A stretch of DNA of 43,922 bases from Actinomycetota bacterium (GTDB lineage Bacteria; Actinomycetota; Actinomycetes; S36-B12), in assembly GCA_009700485.1 (NCBI GenBank), contig WLLZ01000003.1:1-43922 (forward strand), given 5' to 3'. This document shows, piece by piece, positions 26,676 through 35,250 of this stretch. Both the position numbers and the translations under genes were made by a program. Under the pieces are notes generated by a model. The model did no database searches, was not told the origin of the DNA, and worked only from the letters and a program-made list of their open reading frames with translations. Within the stretch, counting starts at the first letter, position 1. Each line of letters starts with the position of its first letter.

Positions 26676-27830
26676 CTAACTGCCAACACCCATGGCACGC
26701 GCATGCTTGTAGGCGGTTCCCATCTCCGACACCCATTTGTCTTTCGTTAAAAGCAACTTGTAAACCTCTCGGGCGTGCAGGCGCAGCCGCTGCCCGCCAT
26801 TGATAGTCGCCCCCAATCCACTAAGCAACTGGCTTGCAGATCCATCCTCGTAAATCGCGCCGACATCAAAATCTGTAATGAGGTCAGCGGCACCACTATC
26901 GGCCAAGGCCACCACCGGGATCCCCGCCTCCAACGCCTCGCGAACAACGAGCGGGTATGCGCCCTCCCAAACTCGGCCTGGGAAAACCAATGCCGTGTAG
27001 TTCGGGAGGTGCTCCATGATCCAAGCGCGTTGTCGGACTCCTAGGTTTCCGAGATTGTTCTTGCCTTGGTGCAGAGTTGGAGCCATTTCATTTGAACCGA
27101 CGACGTCAAGCTGCAGTTCGGTCGGCCAAAGCTGTAAGAGTTCAGCGAGGCCCTTCTCCGGAGTGTTTCGGCCGACAAAGATGAATCTGGGAATAGTTGG
27201 GGGCTCGGTGACTTGCGTGTGAATCTCCTCAACGAATCCGGGTATGAGATGAAGTCTGACCTCGGGGATTCCCTGCTGGATCATGAAGGAATGAACGCGA
27301 GCCGACTGGGTAATGATCGCGGCCGAAGCTTTGAGAAGCCTGTTCCCTTTTGCTCCGCCCGCTGTCGAAATTGCCGCAGGGAGCGAGGCGGCCCGAGAGC
27401 CCTGGTAGCAGCCGTGGACGAACGCCGCCTTACTGCCCGATGTGGGGCACTCCAAACAAATGTGACCGTCACGGTAGAGCAGACCATTCGCGCATGACGC
27501 GCGGAAGTTGTGGAGCGTCGTAACAATCGGGATTTGCAACTTGGTCAGCCAGCGCGTACCGAAATTGGGGAAGGTGTTGTGGACGTGGACAAGATCCGGA
27601 GCAAACTCACTGATTGCTCTCTGCGGGTGGCCAAAGTCAACACCTGTCGCCACGCTAATGGCGGAGCGCACCTTGTAGAGAGGGGCCTCGGACTCCTCAT
27701 CAGTGCTACGGAATACCTCGAGAATCTCTATACCCGCGTTTCTAAGGGCGCCTACCTGCTGAAGAACCGCGACATTCTCTCCGCTTGGCTGATCTGAGCG
27801 ATAGAAGCTGTGGACCACGGCTACACGCAT
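26676..27830 (-). CDS. glycosyltransferase family 4
   Basis: 'PSGENVAV', 'PDLVHVHN', 'TLHNFR', 'FVGRNTPEKG', 'WEGAYPLVVREAL'; alternative start 27845. Confidence 0.88.
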   Translation of the reverse strand: MRVAVVHSFYRSDQPSGENVAVLQQVGALRNAGIEILEVFRSTDEESEAPLYKVRSAISVATGVDFGHPQRAISEFAPDLVHVHNTFPNFGTRWLTKLQIPIVTTLHNFRASCANGLLYRDGHICLECPTSGSKAAFVHGCYQGSRAASLPAAISTAGGAKGNRLLKASAAIITQSARVHSFMIQQGIPEVRLHLIPGFVEEIHTQVTEPPTIPRFIFVGRNTPEKGLAELLQLWPTELQLDVVGSNEMAPTLHQGKNNLGNLGVRQRAWIMEHLPNYTALVFPGRVWEGAYPLVVREALEAGIPVVALADSGAADLITDFDVGAIYEDGSASQLLSGLGATINGGQRLRLHAREVYKLLLTKDKWVSEMGTAYKHARAMGVGS

Positions 27831-27860
27831 GCTTATACGTCCCATTCCCCGCGTGTCCGG

Positions 27861-28619
27861 CTAAGCATTCATCGCTCCCGTATTTAGGCCGACCAGAGCC
27901 GCATTTCGTATTGCGTCCGTTGTGGTGCGTGATCTCTCCGGATATTCCTTTAGGTAGGAGATCACATCGACAAAGTCAAAATTTGGATTCTTTGGATAGA
28001 GCTCGCCGTAAATCGCCTTCACGAAGGCGTAATCCTCAGGCGTATCGACAGTCCAGCGTAGGTGGGAGAGATCGCCCACACCTGAAACATTAACGATGCG
28101 GTATTTATCCGGTTGCCGATACACACCGAGCGTGACATGTTCACGTTCATTCTTGTCGGTAGAGCTTTCATAAATTTCTTGAAGCACACTCGCTTTCACG
28201 ACTTCAACATCAAGACCATCGGGGTAGGTCGGTGTCATGTTGTTGGAGGCGTAATCGCAGTCTCCTTGATTGAAGCGCGCAACAACTTCGTCTATCACTT
28301 TGGGTGAAATTAATGGGCAGTCGGCGGTTAGCCGCACCACGGTCTCGGGCTGGTACAGGTCAATCACTCGAATAAATCTCGCCAACACGTCGTTTAGGTC
28401 ACCGCGCACAACATCGAATCCATTGGCTTTTACTATCTCTGCTAGCTCATCATCGGAGGCGTCGGTCGATGTTGCGACCACGATGCCATCGAGGGTTTCA
28501 GCTCGTTGGATGCGCTCAAGTTGACGCAAGATCATCGGTTGGCCGGCAAGTGGGGCGAGCACTTTGCCGGGATACCGGGATGAACTCATGCGTGCTTGAA
28601 CTATTGCCAGCGTTGTCAC
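27861..28619 (-). CDS. SpsF/PseF-like cytidylyltransferase (CTP_transf_3 family)
   Basis: 'IVQARMSSSRYPGKVL', 'VATST', 'VRLTADCPLI', 'YPDGLDVEV', 'REHVT', 'RWTVDTPED'. Confidence 0.88.
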   Translation of the reverse strand: MTTLAIVQARMSSSRYPGKVLAPLAGQPMILRQLERIQRAETLDGIVVATSTDASDDELAEIVKANGFDVVRGDLNDVLARFIRVIDLYQPETVVRLTADCPLISPKVIDEVVARFNQGDCDYASNNMTPTYPDGLDVEVVKASVLQEIYESSTDKNEREHVTLGVYRQPDKYRIVNVSGVGDLSHLRWTVDTPEDYAFVKAIYGELYPKNPNFDFVDVISYLKEYPERSRTTTDAIRNAALVGLNTGAMNA

Positions 28620-28645
28620 GGCTCAAGCCTCCCAGATGCGGGCGG

Positions 28646-29482
28646 TCATGCCCATGTTCGGGGATCCAACAGCCCAATGTCGCCGGAGGCGAGGCCCTCT
28701 GTATCGAGGCGTTGCTTACAAGTCGCCCACGCTTGGGCGAGATCATTAAGTTCTGCACCGGTGGTAACGCCGATAACTACTTCAGTTATCGGGGCGATGG
28801 TCTTGATGAAAGAAAGTGCTACCTCTATTGGCTGTTCGCCGTTCGACTCGCACCAATCGTGGAACTTGATCACTTCAGGGTGCTGGCCCAGTCGCGTATC
28901 GCTACGTGCAGCCAGCAGGCCTTGCAGGAACACGCTTCGCGCTTGGATTCTCGTGCCTCGCGAGGCGAGAGTTTGCAGGATGTTGCTGTTGATCAGCCGT
29001 TGGTCGAGCACATTTATGGGCACCTGGGCGATTTCAAGTTGACCGAAAATACTGGCAGCGCGATTCAGGTCGGTTTCGTCATAGGCCGAAACCCCGATTT
29101 GCTGCACCAACCTTTTTCGTTTCATGTCTTCTAGTTGTTTGGCCGACGCGTTGGCCTGGGCCTCGGTCAATTGCGCCCAATCATGAATCAGGCAGTTAGC
29201 GATACTGCTTTGCCCCAGCGCGGCGAGGCTGGCTTTTAGTTGGGCTGGGATAGTTTGCGGATCGGCCCCACGCACCTTGGTCGTAATCGAAAAATCCGAA
29301 GCCCAGGAGGCCAACCGGGCCTCGGCATCGCCATACATGCCGGCTGTGTCGATGGCGCCAATACCAGCGCCCTGGGCCACCGCGATGATCTCGGCTAGGG
29401 CTTCATCGGTCAATCGGCCTTGGCTATTGGTCACTCCATAGGGGTTACCCCACTGGGCGGTGCCGAGCACGAGGGATTGCAC
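28646..29482 (-). CDS. aldo/keto reductase
   Basis: 'LVLGTAQWGNPYG', 'IDTAGMYGDAE', 'IGVSAY', 'QVPINVLDQR', 'ARSVFLQGLL'. Confidence 0.88.
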   Translation of the reverse strand: MQSLVLGTAQWGNPYGVTNSQGRLTDEALAEIIAVAQGAGIGAIDTAGMYGDAEARLASWASDFSITTKVRGADPQTIPAQLKASLAALGQSSIANCLIHDWAQLTEAQANASAKQLEDMKRKRLVQQIGVSAYDETDLNRAASIFGQLEIAQVPINVLDQRLINSNILQTLASRGTRIQARSVFLQGLLAARSDTRLGQHPEVIKFHDWCESNGEQPIEVALSFIKTIAPITEVVIGVTTGAELNDLAQAWATCKQRLDTEGLASGDIGLLDPRTWA

Positions 29483-29509
29483 CCGACCATGATCTCACTT
29501 TTCGGCGGC

Positions 29510-29515
29510 TAGACT
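29510..29515 (+). promoter_or_regulatory. putative -10 box (TAGACT) for the pseB-containing operon
   Basis: TANNNT in a divergent region, 7 nt before a GTG opening a 17-codon ORF coupled to the next gene. Confidence 0.55.
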
Positions 29516-29572
29516 GCCGGGCGTGGAGATTCTTGCAGGGACTTACGTTGCCGACTCCCAGTGGGTGGTCGC

Positions 29573-30406
29573 ATGACCATCAGTTCTGGCTCCGCCGCCC
29601 AGATGATACTGGCCCGGGCACTCGAATGCCTGGAGAGTGAAACTCCCAACCCGTTGACCGGGCCCGAGACCATCGAGATGTCCGAGCGATGCGTCGAGCT
29701 ACCGTGGGTAGCCGCCCACCTAGGTGCTCCCGGTCGACTCTTGGATGTCGGCTGGGCAATGTCACCCCCTGAATGGCTCGGTGTCCTGCTCGCCATCCGC
29801 GATCGCGGAGCCGACCTGACCGGTATTGACATCATCGACCCGCAGCGTGTTCGCAGTCGCTATCCGGCCGACCAAGTGGATGCTGTGCTCTCCGTACCTG
29901 CACGAGTCGAAGACATTCTCAACGCAAACCCAACCTCGGGCCACTACGACACCATCAGTTGCGTATCGACCCTGGAGCACATTGGCTTCGACATTGCATC
30001 ACCACCTGAAGATCTCACGAGCGCCTTTGTGAGGGCTACCTCAGCCGAAACAGCAATCGCATCACGCGCTCCTGAAACTGATCGGCTCTTTCTTGATGCA
30101 GCGCACCGACTTCTAGTACCTGGCGGGCACCTACTCATTTCGGTACCAGCCGGCAGTGGCTTACCCATACTTCATCAGGATTCATTGGGGCTATTCACTC
30201 ACCAGTTCGAGTACGACGAAGCCTCATGGGCCCGTATTACTGGGGATAACCGCTTCTCGGTGTTAGCCGAGGCCTACTACAGTCACGATGAAACTCGTGG
30301 TTGGGCACAGGTGGAAACCTTTGCCGCACTCTCCGGCCAGACCAGCGCAATGCAGCCCTTTGCTACTGGCTGTGCACTCGTACGCCTACGCCACATCTCG
30401 AGTTGA
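29573..30406 (+). CDS. class I methyltransferase-like protein (DUF268-like)
   Basis: 'SERCVELPWV', 'LLDVGWA', 'YDTISCVSTLEHIG', 'LVPGGHLLISVP'. Confidence 0.7.
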   Translation: MTISSGSAAQMILARALECLESETPNPLTGPETIEMSERCVELPWVAAHLGAPGRLLDVGWAMSPPEWLGVLLAIRDRGADLTGIDIIDPQRVRSRYPADQVDAVLSVPARVEDILNANPTSGHYDTISCVSTLEHIGFDIASPPEDLTSAFVRATSAETAIASRAPETDRLFLDAAHRLLVPGGHLLISVPAGSGLPILHQDSLGLFTHQFEYDEASWARITGDNRFSVLAEAYYSHDETRGWAQVETFAALSGQTSAMQPFATGCALVRLRHISS

Positions 30407-30429
30407 GAATTCAATTGAATGGAGCTCCT

Positions 30430-31416
30430 GTGGAATCAACTATTGACGATGCCTCGATACTAATCACCGGTGGCACTGGATCATTCGGCAAAGCCTTTCT
30501 TGAGGAAGTACTAAAAACTCGATCTCCACGACGGGTGGTGGTCTTCTCGCGAGATGAACTCAAGCAATATGAAATGCGCGAGCGCTGGGGTGATGACCCA
30601 AGGGTCCGTTTCTTTCTCGGTGATATCCGCGACCGCGACCGCCTGAAGATGGCTCTGCACGGGGTCGACTACGTCGTGCACGCGGCGGCCTTGAAACAAG
30701 TTGACACCGCTGAATACAACCCGATGGAGTACGTGAAGACGAACATTCTTGGTTCGGAGAATGTCATTCAAGCCTCCATAGAAGCTGGGGTCAAGAAAGT
30801 CCTTGCTCTATCCACCGACAAAGCCTCTTCACCTGTCAACCTTTATGGGGCAACGAAACTCACGGCCGATAAGCTTTTTATTTCAAGCAACCACTACTCG
30901 GCCGCCTACAACACCGCCTTCTCGGTGGTGCGATACGGCAATGTCATGGGTAGCCGCGGCTCGGTAATACCGCTATTCCGTCGCTTGGCAGAGCAGGGAC
31001 AGCCGCTACCAATCACCGACCTTCGGATGACTCGCTTCTGGATCACCCTCCCGCAGGCGGTCGAGTTCGTAATCAGTTCATTCACCCAGATGACCGGTGG
31101 AGAACTCTACGTCCCACGCATACCGAGCATGAGGGTCACCGATCTTGCCCGGGCGGTAGCTCCGGATGCCGAACTCATCGAGGTCGGAATAAGACCAGGT
31201 GAGAAACTTCACGAGGAGATGATCTCTTCCGAAGATTCAAGGCGAACTTTGCAGCTTGCGGACCGCTACGTGGTCATGCCAACTCTTTCACAGTGGGGAT
31301 ATCGAGAGCCAGCAGGCGACCCTGTCGAAGACGGCTTCTCCTACACCTCCGACAACAACGACCTGTGGCTTGACGTTGACCAACTGAGATCAATGCTCAA
31401 CGACCTAAACCTGTGA
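30430..31416 (+). CDS. pseB: UDP-N-acetylglucosamine 4,6-dehydratase (inverting)
   Basis: 'ITGGTGSFG', 'FSRDELKQYEM', 'HAAALKQV', 'EYNP', 'LSTDKA', 'NLYGATKL', 'VRYGNVMGSRGSVIP', 'MTRFWITL', 'GIRPGEKLHEEM'; GGAG SD before GTG 30430. Confidence 0.92.
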   Translation: MESTIDDASILITGGTGSFGKAFLEEVLKTRSPRRVVVFSRDELKQYEMRERWGDDPRVRFFLGDIRDRDRLKMALHGVDYVVHAAALKQVDTAEYNPMEYVKTNILGSENVIQASIEAGVKKVLALSTDKASSPVNLYGATKLTADKLFISSNHYSAAYNTAFSVVRYGNVMGSRGSVIPLFRRLAEQGQPLPITDLRMTRFWITLPQAVEFVISSFTQMTGGELYVPRIPSMRVTDLARAVAPDAELIEVGIRPGEKLHEEMISSEDSRRTLQLADRYVVMPTLSQWGYREPAGDPVEDGFSYTSDNNDLWLDVDQLRSMLNDLNL

Positions 31417-31425
31417 TTGGTCACC

Positions 31426-32340
31426 GTGACAAAGTGGCTAGTAACCGGTGCCGGTGGATTCTTCGGAGCCAACGCAGGGGCCTTTCTTAATGGTCGAGTT
31501 GAGTCGGTAGGGGCCTTTAGAAGTCTCGCAGCTAGCTCACTATTTGGAACTAATGTTTCGATCGATTTGCGGTCTGGCTCGTCCATATACGAGGTAGTTG
31601 ATGCAGTGCGCCCCGATGTGGTCGTGCATGCAGCGGCGTTGGCAAGCCACGAGGCATGTGAATCTGACCCGGCACTTGCTCAGCTCGTCAATGTGGAATC
31701 GACAAAGCACCTAGCGCGGGCGTGCACCGATGTCGGTGCCAAGCTCGTGTATCTATCAACGGACGCGGTCTTCGACGGCAGTCGTGGAAACTACACCGAA
31801 AAAGATGCAACAAATCCATTCTCTGTTTATGGCACAACTAAGTTGCTCGGCGAGCAGGCAGCACTTGCCATACACGAGGATGTGCTGATCGCCCGAACCA
31901 ACTTTTTCGGCTGGAGCCCAAGCGGCACGCGGTCGATCTTGGAGTTCTTCGTAAATGCACTGCGCTCAGGTCAGCAGGTTTCGGGGTATACCGACTTTGT
32001 CGTCTCCTCTCTCTATGTTCAGGATCTGCTTTCGGCGATCTACGATCTGGTTGGTTCAGGCCGGCGCGGCGTGGTTCATCTGGGTGCTTCAAATGCACTT
32101 TCGAAGTATCACTTCGGGGTGCAGGTGGCCAGCCAGTTTGGCCTTGATGCAGAGCTGATCTCCCCCGTTACTGCCGCTGTAGGTGGTCATGCCAATTCCC
32201 GAGCACGCGATCTTTCCCTTAACACTTCTCTCATGGAGTCTTGTCTTGGCCGGTCGATACCGACACAGGAGTTTGGTATTGCCAGCGCCTACGATGATGA
32301 AAGTGCCGTCGCACCGCGAGTCACCGGATTTAGGGAGTAG
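31426..32340 (+). CDS. RmlD-like NDP-4-keto-6-deoxysugar reductase
   Basis: 'VTGAGGFFG', 'PDVVVHAAA', 'STDAVFDG', 'NPFSVYGTTKLLGE'. Confidence 0.85.
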   Translation: MTKWLVTGAGGFFGANAGAFLNGRVESVGAFRSLAASSLFGTNVSIDLRSGSSIYEVVDAVRPDVVVHAAALASHEACESDPALAQLVNVESTKHLARACTDVGAKLVYLSTDAVFDGSRGNYTEKDATNPFSVYGTTKLLGEQAALAIHEDVLIARTNFFGWSPSGTRSILEFFVNALRSGQQVSGYTDFVVSSLYVQDLLSAIYDLVGSGRRGVVHLGASNALSKYHFGVQVASQFGLDAELISPVTAAVGGHANSRARDLSLNTSLMESCLGRSIPTQEFGIASAYDDESAVAPRVTGFRE

Positions 32341-32344
32341 ATAC

Positions 32345-33421
32345 TTGAACCACTTCAGAATAGGTGATCGCCTTATTGGATTAGGCCAACCCACCTACTT
32401 CATCGCAGATATCGCGGCGAATCACGACGGTGATCTTTCGCGCGCACTCTCATTGATCACGCTGGCTGCTGAGGCTGGCGCCGATGCGGCAAAGTTCCAA
32501 CACTTTAGGGCCGAGCACATCGTCAGTGACTTCGGCTTCCGCAATCTTGGCGAGCAACTCGATCACCAAGCATCGTGGTCGAAGTCGGTATTCGAAGTTT
32601 ATGAAGATGCCTCGCTGCCATGGGAGTGGACCTCATCGTTGGCCTCGCATTGCAAATCACTGGGGATCGAGTTCATGTCATCTCCGTATGACTTCGAAGC
32701 TGTGCTTCACCTAGACCCCTACGTGAACGCCTACAAGATCGGCTCGGGCGATATCAACTGGCTCGAAGAGTTGGAATTCATAGCAGCGCTAGGAAAGCCC
32801 GTGCTAATTGCAGCAGGGGCATCGACCGCTGATGATGTTGAGCGGGCGATCGCGGTGTTGTCTGCTGCTGGTGTGCCGATCGTGTTGATGCAATGCAATA
32901 CGAACTACACCGGGTCAATCGAAAACCTGGGATTCGTTAATTTGCGGGTGCTTGAGTCATTTGCCGCTTCGTATCCAGATGTGGTGCTGGGTTTGTCGGA
33001 CCACACCCCGGGGCATGTGACTACATTGGGCGCCGTATCCCTTGGGGCTCGGGTGATCGAGAAGCACTTCACCGATGACACCACCCGCGTTGGGCCCGAT
33101 CATGGTTTCTCTTTAGACCCGGTGTCATGGCGGGCCATGGTCGATGACACGCGGCGACTTGAAGCAGCACTCGGCTCAGGCATCAAGGTAATCGAGGCGA
33201 ACGAGCAAAAGACTTTGATCGTGCAGCGTCGATGCGTGCGAGCGGGACGCGCTTTGGCTGCTGGAACCGTGCTCACGCGTGAAGATCTGGCCGTACTGCG
33301 CCCGGCACCGTTGGATGCGGTGCCGGCACAATTAGTTGCTGATTTGATCGGACGCACTTTATCGCGTGATCTGGTGCTTGGCGAGGCTGTGAGCTGGGCC
33401 GATCTGGCACCTGCCACATGA
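32345..33421 (+). CDS. NeuB/PseI/SpsE-family nonulosonic acid synthase with C-terminal SAF domain
   Basis: 'IADIAANHDGD', 'AKFQHF', 'KIGSGD', 'QCNTNY', 'GLSDHT', 'IEKHFTDD', 'GPDHGFS', SAF 'RRCVRAGRAL...LRPA'; AGGGAG SD before TTG 32345. Confidence 0.9.
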   Translation: MNHFRIGDRLIGLGQPTYFIADIAANHDGDLSRALSLITLAAEAGADAAKFQHFRAEHIVSDFGFRNLGEQLDHQASWSKSVFEVYEDASLPWEWTSSLASHCKSLGIEFMSSPYDFEAVLHLDPYVNAYKIGSGDINWLEELEFIAALGKPVLIAAGASTADDVERAIAVLSAAGVPIVLMQCNTNYTGSIENLGFVNLRVLESFAASYPDVVLGLSDHTPGHVTTLGAVSLGARVIEKHFTDDTTRVGPDHGFSLDPVSWRAMVDDTRRLEAALGSGIKVIEANEQKTLIVQRRCVRAGRALAAGTVLTREDLAVLRPAPLDAVPAQLVADLIGRTLSRDLVLGEAVSWADLAPAT

Positions 33422-34398
33422 GTGACCCGCACGTCATCTACGCGTCAGCAAGTGCCGGCATCCACGACCAACGATGGGTCGAAGCACTCTCAGCCTGCGG
33501 GTTCCAGGTCAAAGTTCTGGCTGCCTCAGGAGATCTTCGTGCGGCAGTGAACGCTTTTGAGCCCCTATCGGCGCCGGTGCTGGCTGGGCCACTGAATACG
33601 GTGACACGGCTGCTGGTGGGGCTTTCACGGCCCGTTATCGGGCTTTCTTGGGGGTATGACCTGCAACAGGATCACACTCAGGCGGTCGCACTGGAGGATC
33701 TGGCCTGGATCAGCGGGCTTGACGGCTTAGTGGTTGATAGCCCGGCCACGCGTGACTTGGCCATTTCGCTTGGCTTGGCGCCTGAGCGCATTTTACTCAC
33801 CCCATGGGGAGTTGATCTTGACCTCTTCACTCCCACCGGGCCAGCGGTCAGCGCTGTTGGCCATGGTTTTGCTAGCGGGTCAAGGGTGGTGCTGTCACTG
33901 CGAACTCATGACACGCTTTACCGAACTTCGGATGTGATCGAAGCTTTTGCGCGCGCGGCACTTGTTGATCCGGCATTGATGTTGGTGATGGGCGGCGATG
34001 GGCCATTGACTCCTGACTATCGGGCGCGCGTTAGAGAGTTGGGCTTGGAGTCGCGGGTTCGATTCATCGGGCGGGTCAATGAAGCTGAGCTGCCCGCCTT
34101 GCTGCGTGGTGCGGATCTCTATGTCACAGCATCGGAGACCGATGGCACCTCGGTGACTTTGCTGCAGGCAATGGCATGCGGTATTCCGGTAATCGCGTCA
34201 CGAAATGCCGGTAACGTCACATGGATCCGAAACGGTGAGACTGGTCAACTGTTTGATGTTGGCGACGTGGATGGACTGGCGTACTTAATGGTCGCTGCGC
34301 ATCCCGAGCAGGTTAGCCGCGAGGCTGCACTAAACCTCGTGAGGAATGAGTGCAACTGGTCAGTTAATAGGCTCCTACTCACAAAACTTCTTACTTAG
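33418..34398 (+). CDS. glycosyltransferase family 4-like
   Basis: 'SWGYDL', 'PWGVDL', 'GDGPL', 'ADLYVTASETDGTSVTLLQAMACGIPVIAS', 'GETGQLF'. Confidence 0.82.
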   Translation: MSDPHVIYASASAGIHDQRWVEALSACGFQVKVLAASGDLRAAVNAFEPLSAPVLAGPLNTVTRLLVGLSRPVIGLSWGYDLQQDHTQAVALEDLAWISGLDGLVVDSPATRDLAISLGLAPERILLTPWGVDLDLFTPTGPAVSAVGHGFASGSRVVLSLRTHDTLYRTSDVIEAFARAALVDPALMLVMGGDGPLTPDYRARVRELGLESRVRFIGRVNEAELPALLRGADLYVTASETDGTSVTLLQAMACGIPVIASRNAGNVTWIRNGETGQLFDVGDVDGLAYLMVAAHPEQVSREAALNLVRNECNWSVNRLLLTKLLT

Positions 34399-35243
34399 AC
34401 TCCCCACTTTGTCCTAATCGTTGTTCTCCCCCAGGCCCCGTATCTCAATGCTGTAAAGGCAGCAAGAAATGGCGCATTCACTACCGCGTCTTTAAGCGTC
34501 AAGCGAGTTACGGGCTCAATAAAATCGACTCTGGCCGGATGGAGCAGCGACTTAACCTGACGAGCCGGTGACCAATTGCTTGCGCGTCCGATCCGGAATA
34601 TCTCCTCGTCAGAGATGCCATACATGCGGCACCTAACGACAACCTCTTCCCATGAAGACTTGCCGACTTCATCGACATAAGCATTCGAAATTGCAAATGT
34701 CGCGCCGAAATCGTTAGCCCAGCGTTCGCACAGTTCCGAGTCATCGGAGAACCGCCTGGTCGGGTCATACGGTTTTGCTCGCAAGAGTTCGCCATCAAAG
34801 AGGGTGGGGGTGCCGATAACAAGTGCTGGTCCTGGGCGGAAGCGACCCTTTCGCCAAGCGTTTAAGCCTTTCGACACAAAGTCGTCGCCATCAATGGAGG
34901 TTTGGGCACTTACTCCTTGCCGGTCTTGTGATTCCAAGCAATCAATCATTATCTGTAGTTGGCCATCCGGCATCACATTGTCAGATCCCATGTTGAGGAT
35001 CAGTGGCTTGGTAGTAACAGCAATACCCATGTTTCGCGCGTAGCCGACCCCCGTGCCCGGGTCCGTTAAGACTTCATCCGCTAGCTGCTCCGCGATTTTC
35101 CTTGTTCCATCGGTGGAACTCGCGTCAACGACCACGATCTGTCCAACACCAGAAGCCCTAAGACTGGTCAAACACCTTTCTATGCCACTGACAGAATTCA
35201 TGGTGATGACGACCACTGAAACGTCGATGGGTTGAAATTTCAT
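34395..35243 (-). CDS. glycosyltransferase family 2
   Basis: 'VSVVVITMNS', 'VVDASSTDGT', 'GYARNMG', 'SDDSEL'; start reassigned to ATG 35243 just after the ABC gene stop. Confidence 0.8.
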   Translation of the reverse strand: MKFQPIDVSVVVITMNSVSGIERCLTSLRASGVGQIVVVDASSTDGTRKIAEQLADEVLTDPGTGVGYARNMGIAVTTKPLILNMGSDNVMPDGQLQIMIDCLESQDRQGVSAQTSIDGDDFVSKGLNAWRKGRFRPGPALVIGTPTLFDGELLRAKPYDPTRRFSDDSELCERWANDFGATFAISNAYVDEVGKSSWEEVVVRCRMYGISDEEIFRIGRASNWSPARQVKSLLHPARVDFIEPVTRLTLKDAVVNAPFLAAFTALRYGAWGRTTIRTKWGV

Positions 35244-35250
35244 GAATACG

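Noticed and set aside
28469-29134. 221-aa plus-strand ORF
   Set aside because: Antisense shadow of the AKR/spsF genes, no motifs
31426-32340. rmlD of dTDP-rhamnose synthesis
   Set aside because: No rmlA/B/C; lies between pseB and the PseI-like gene
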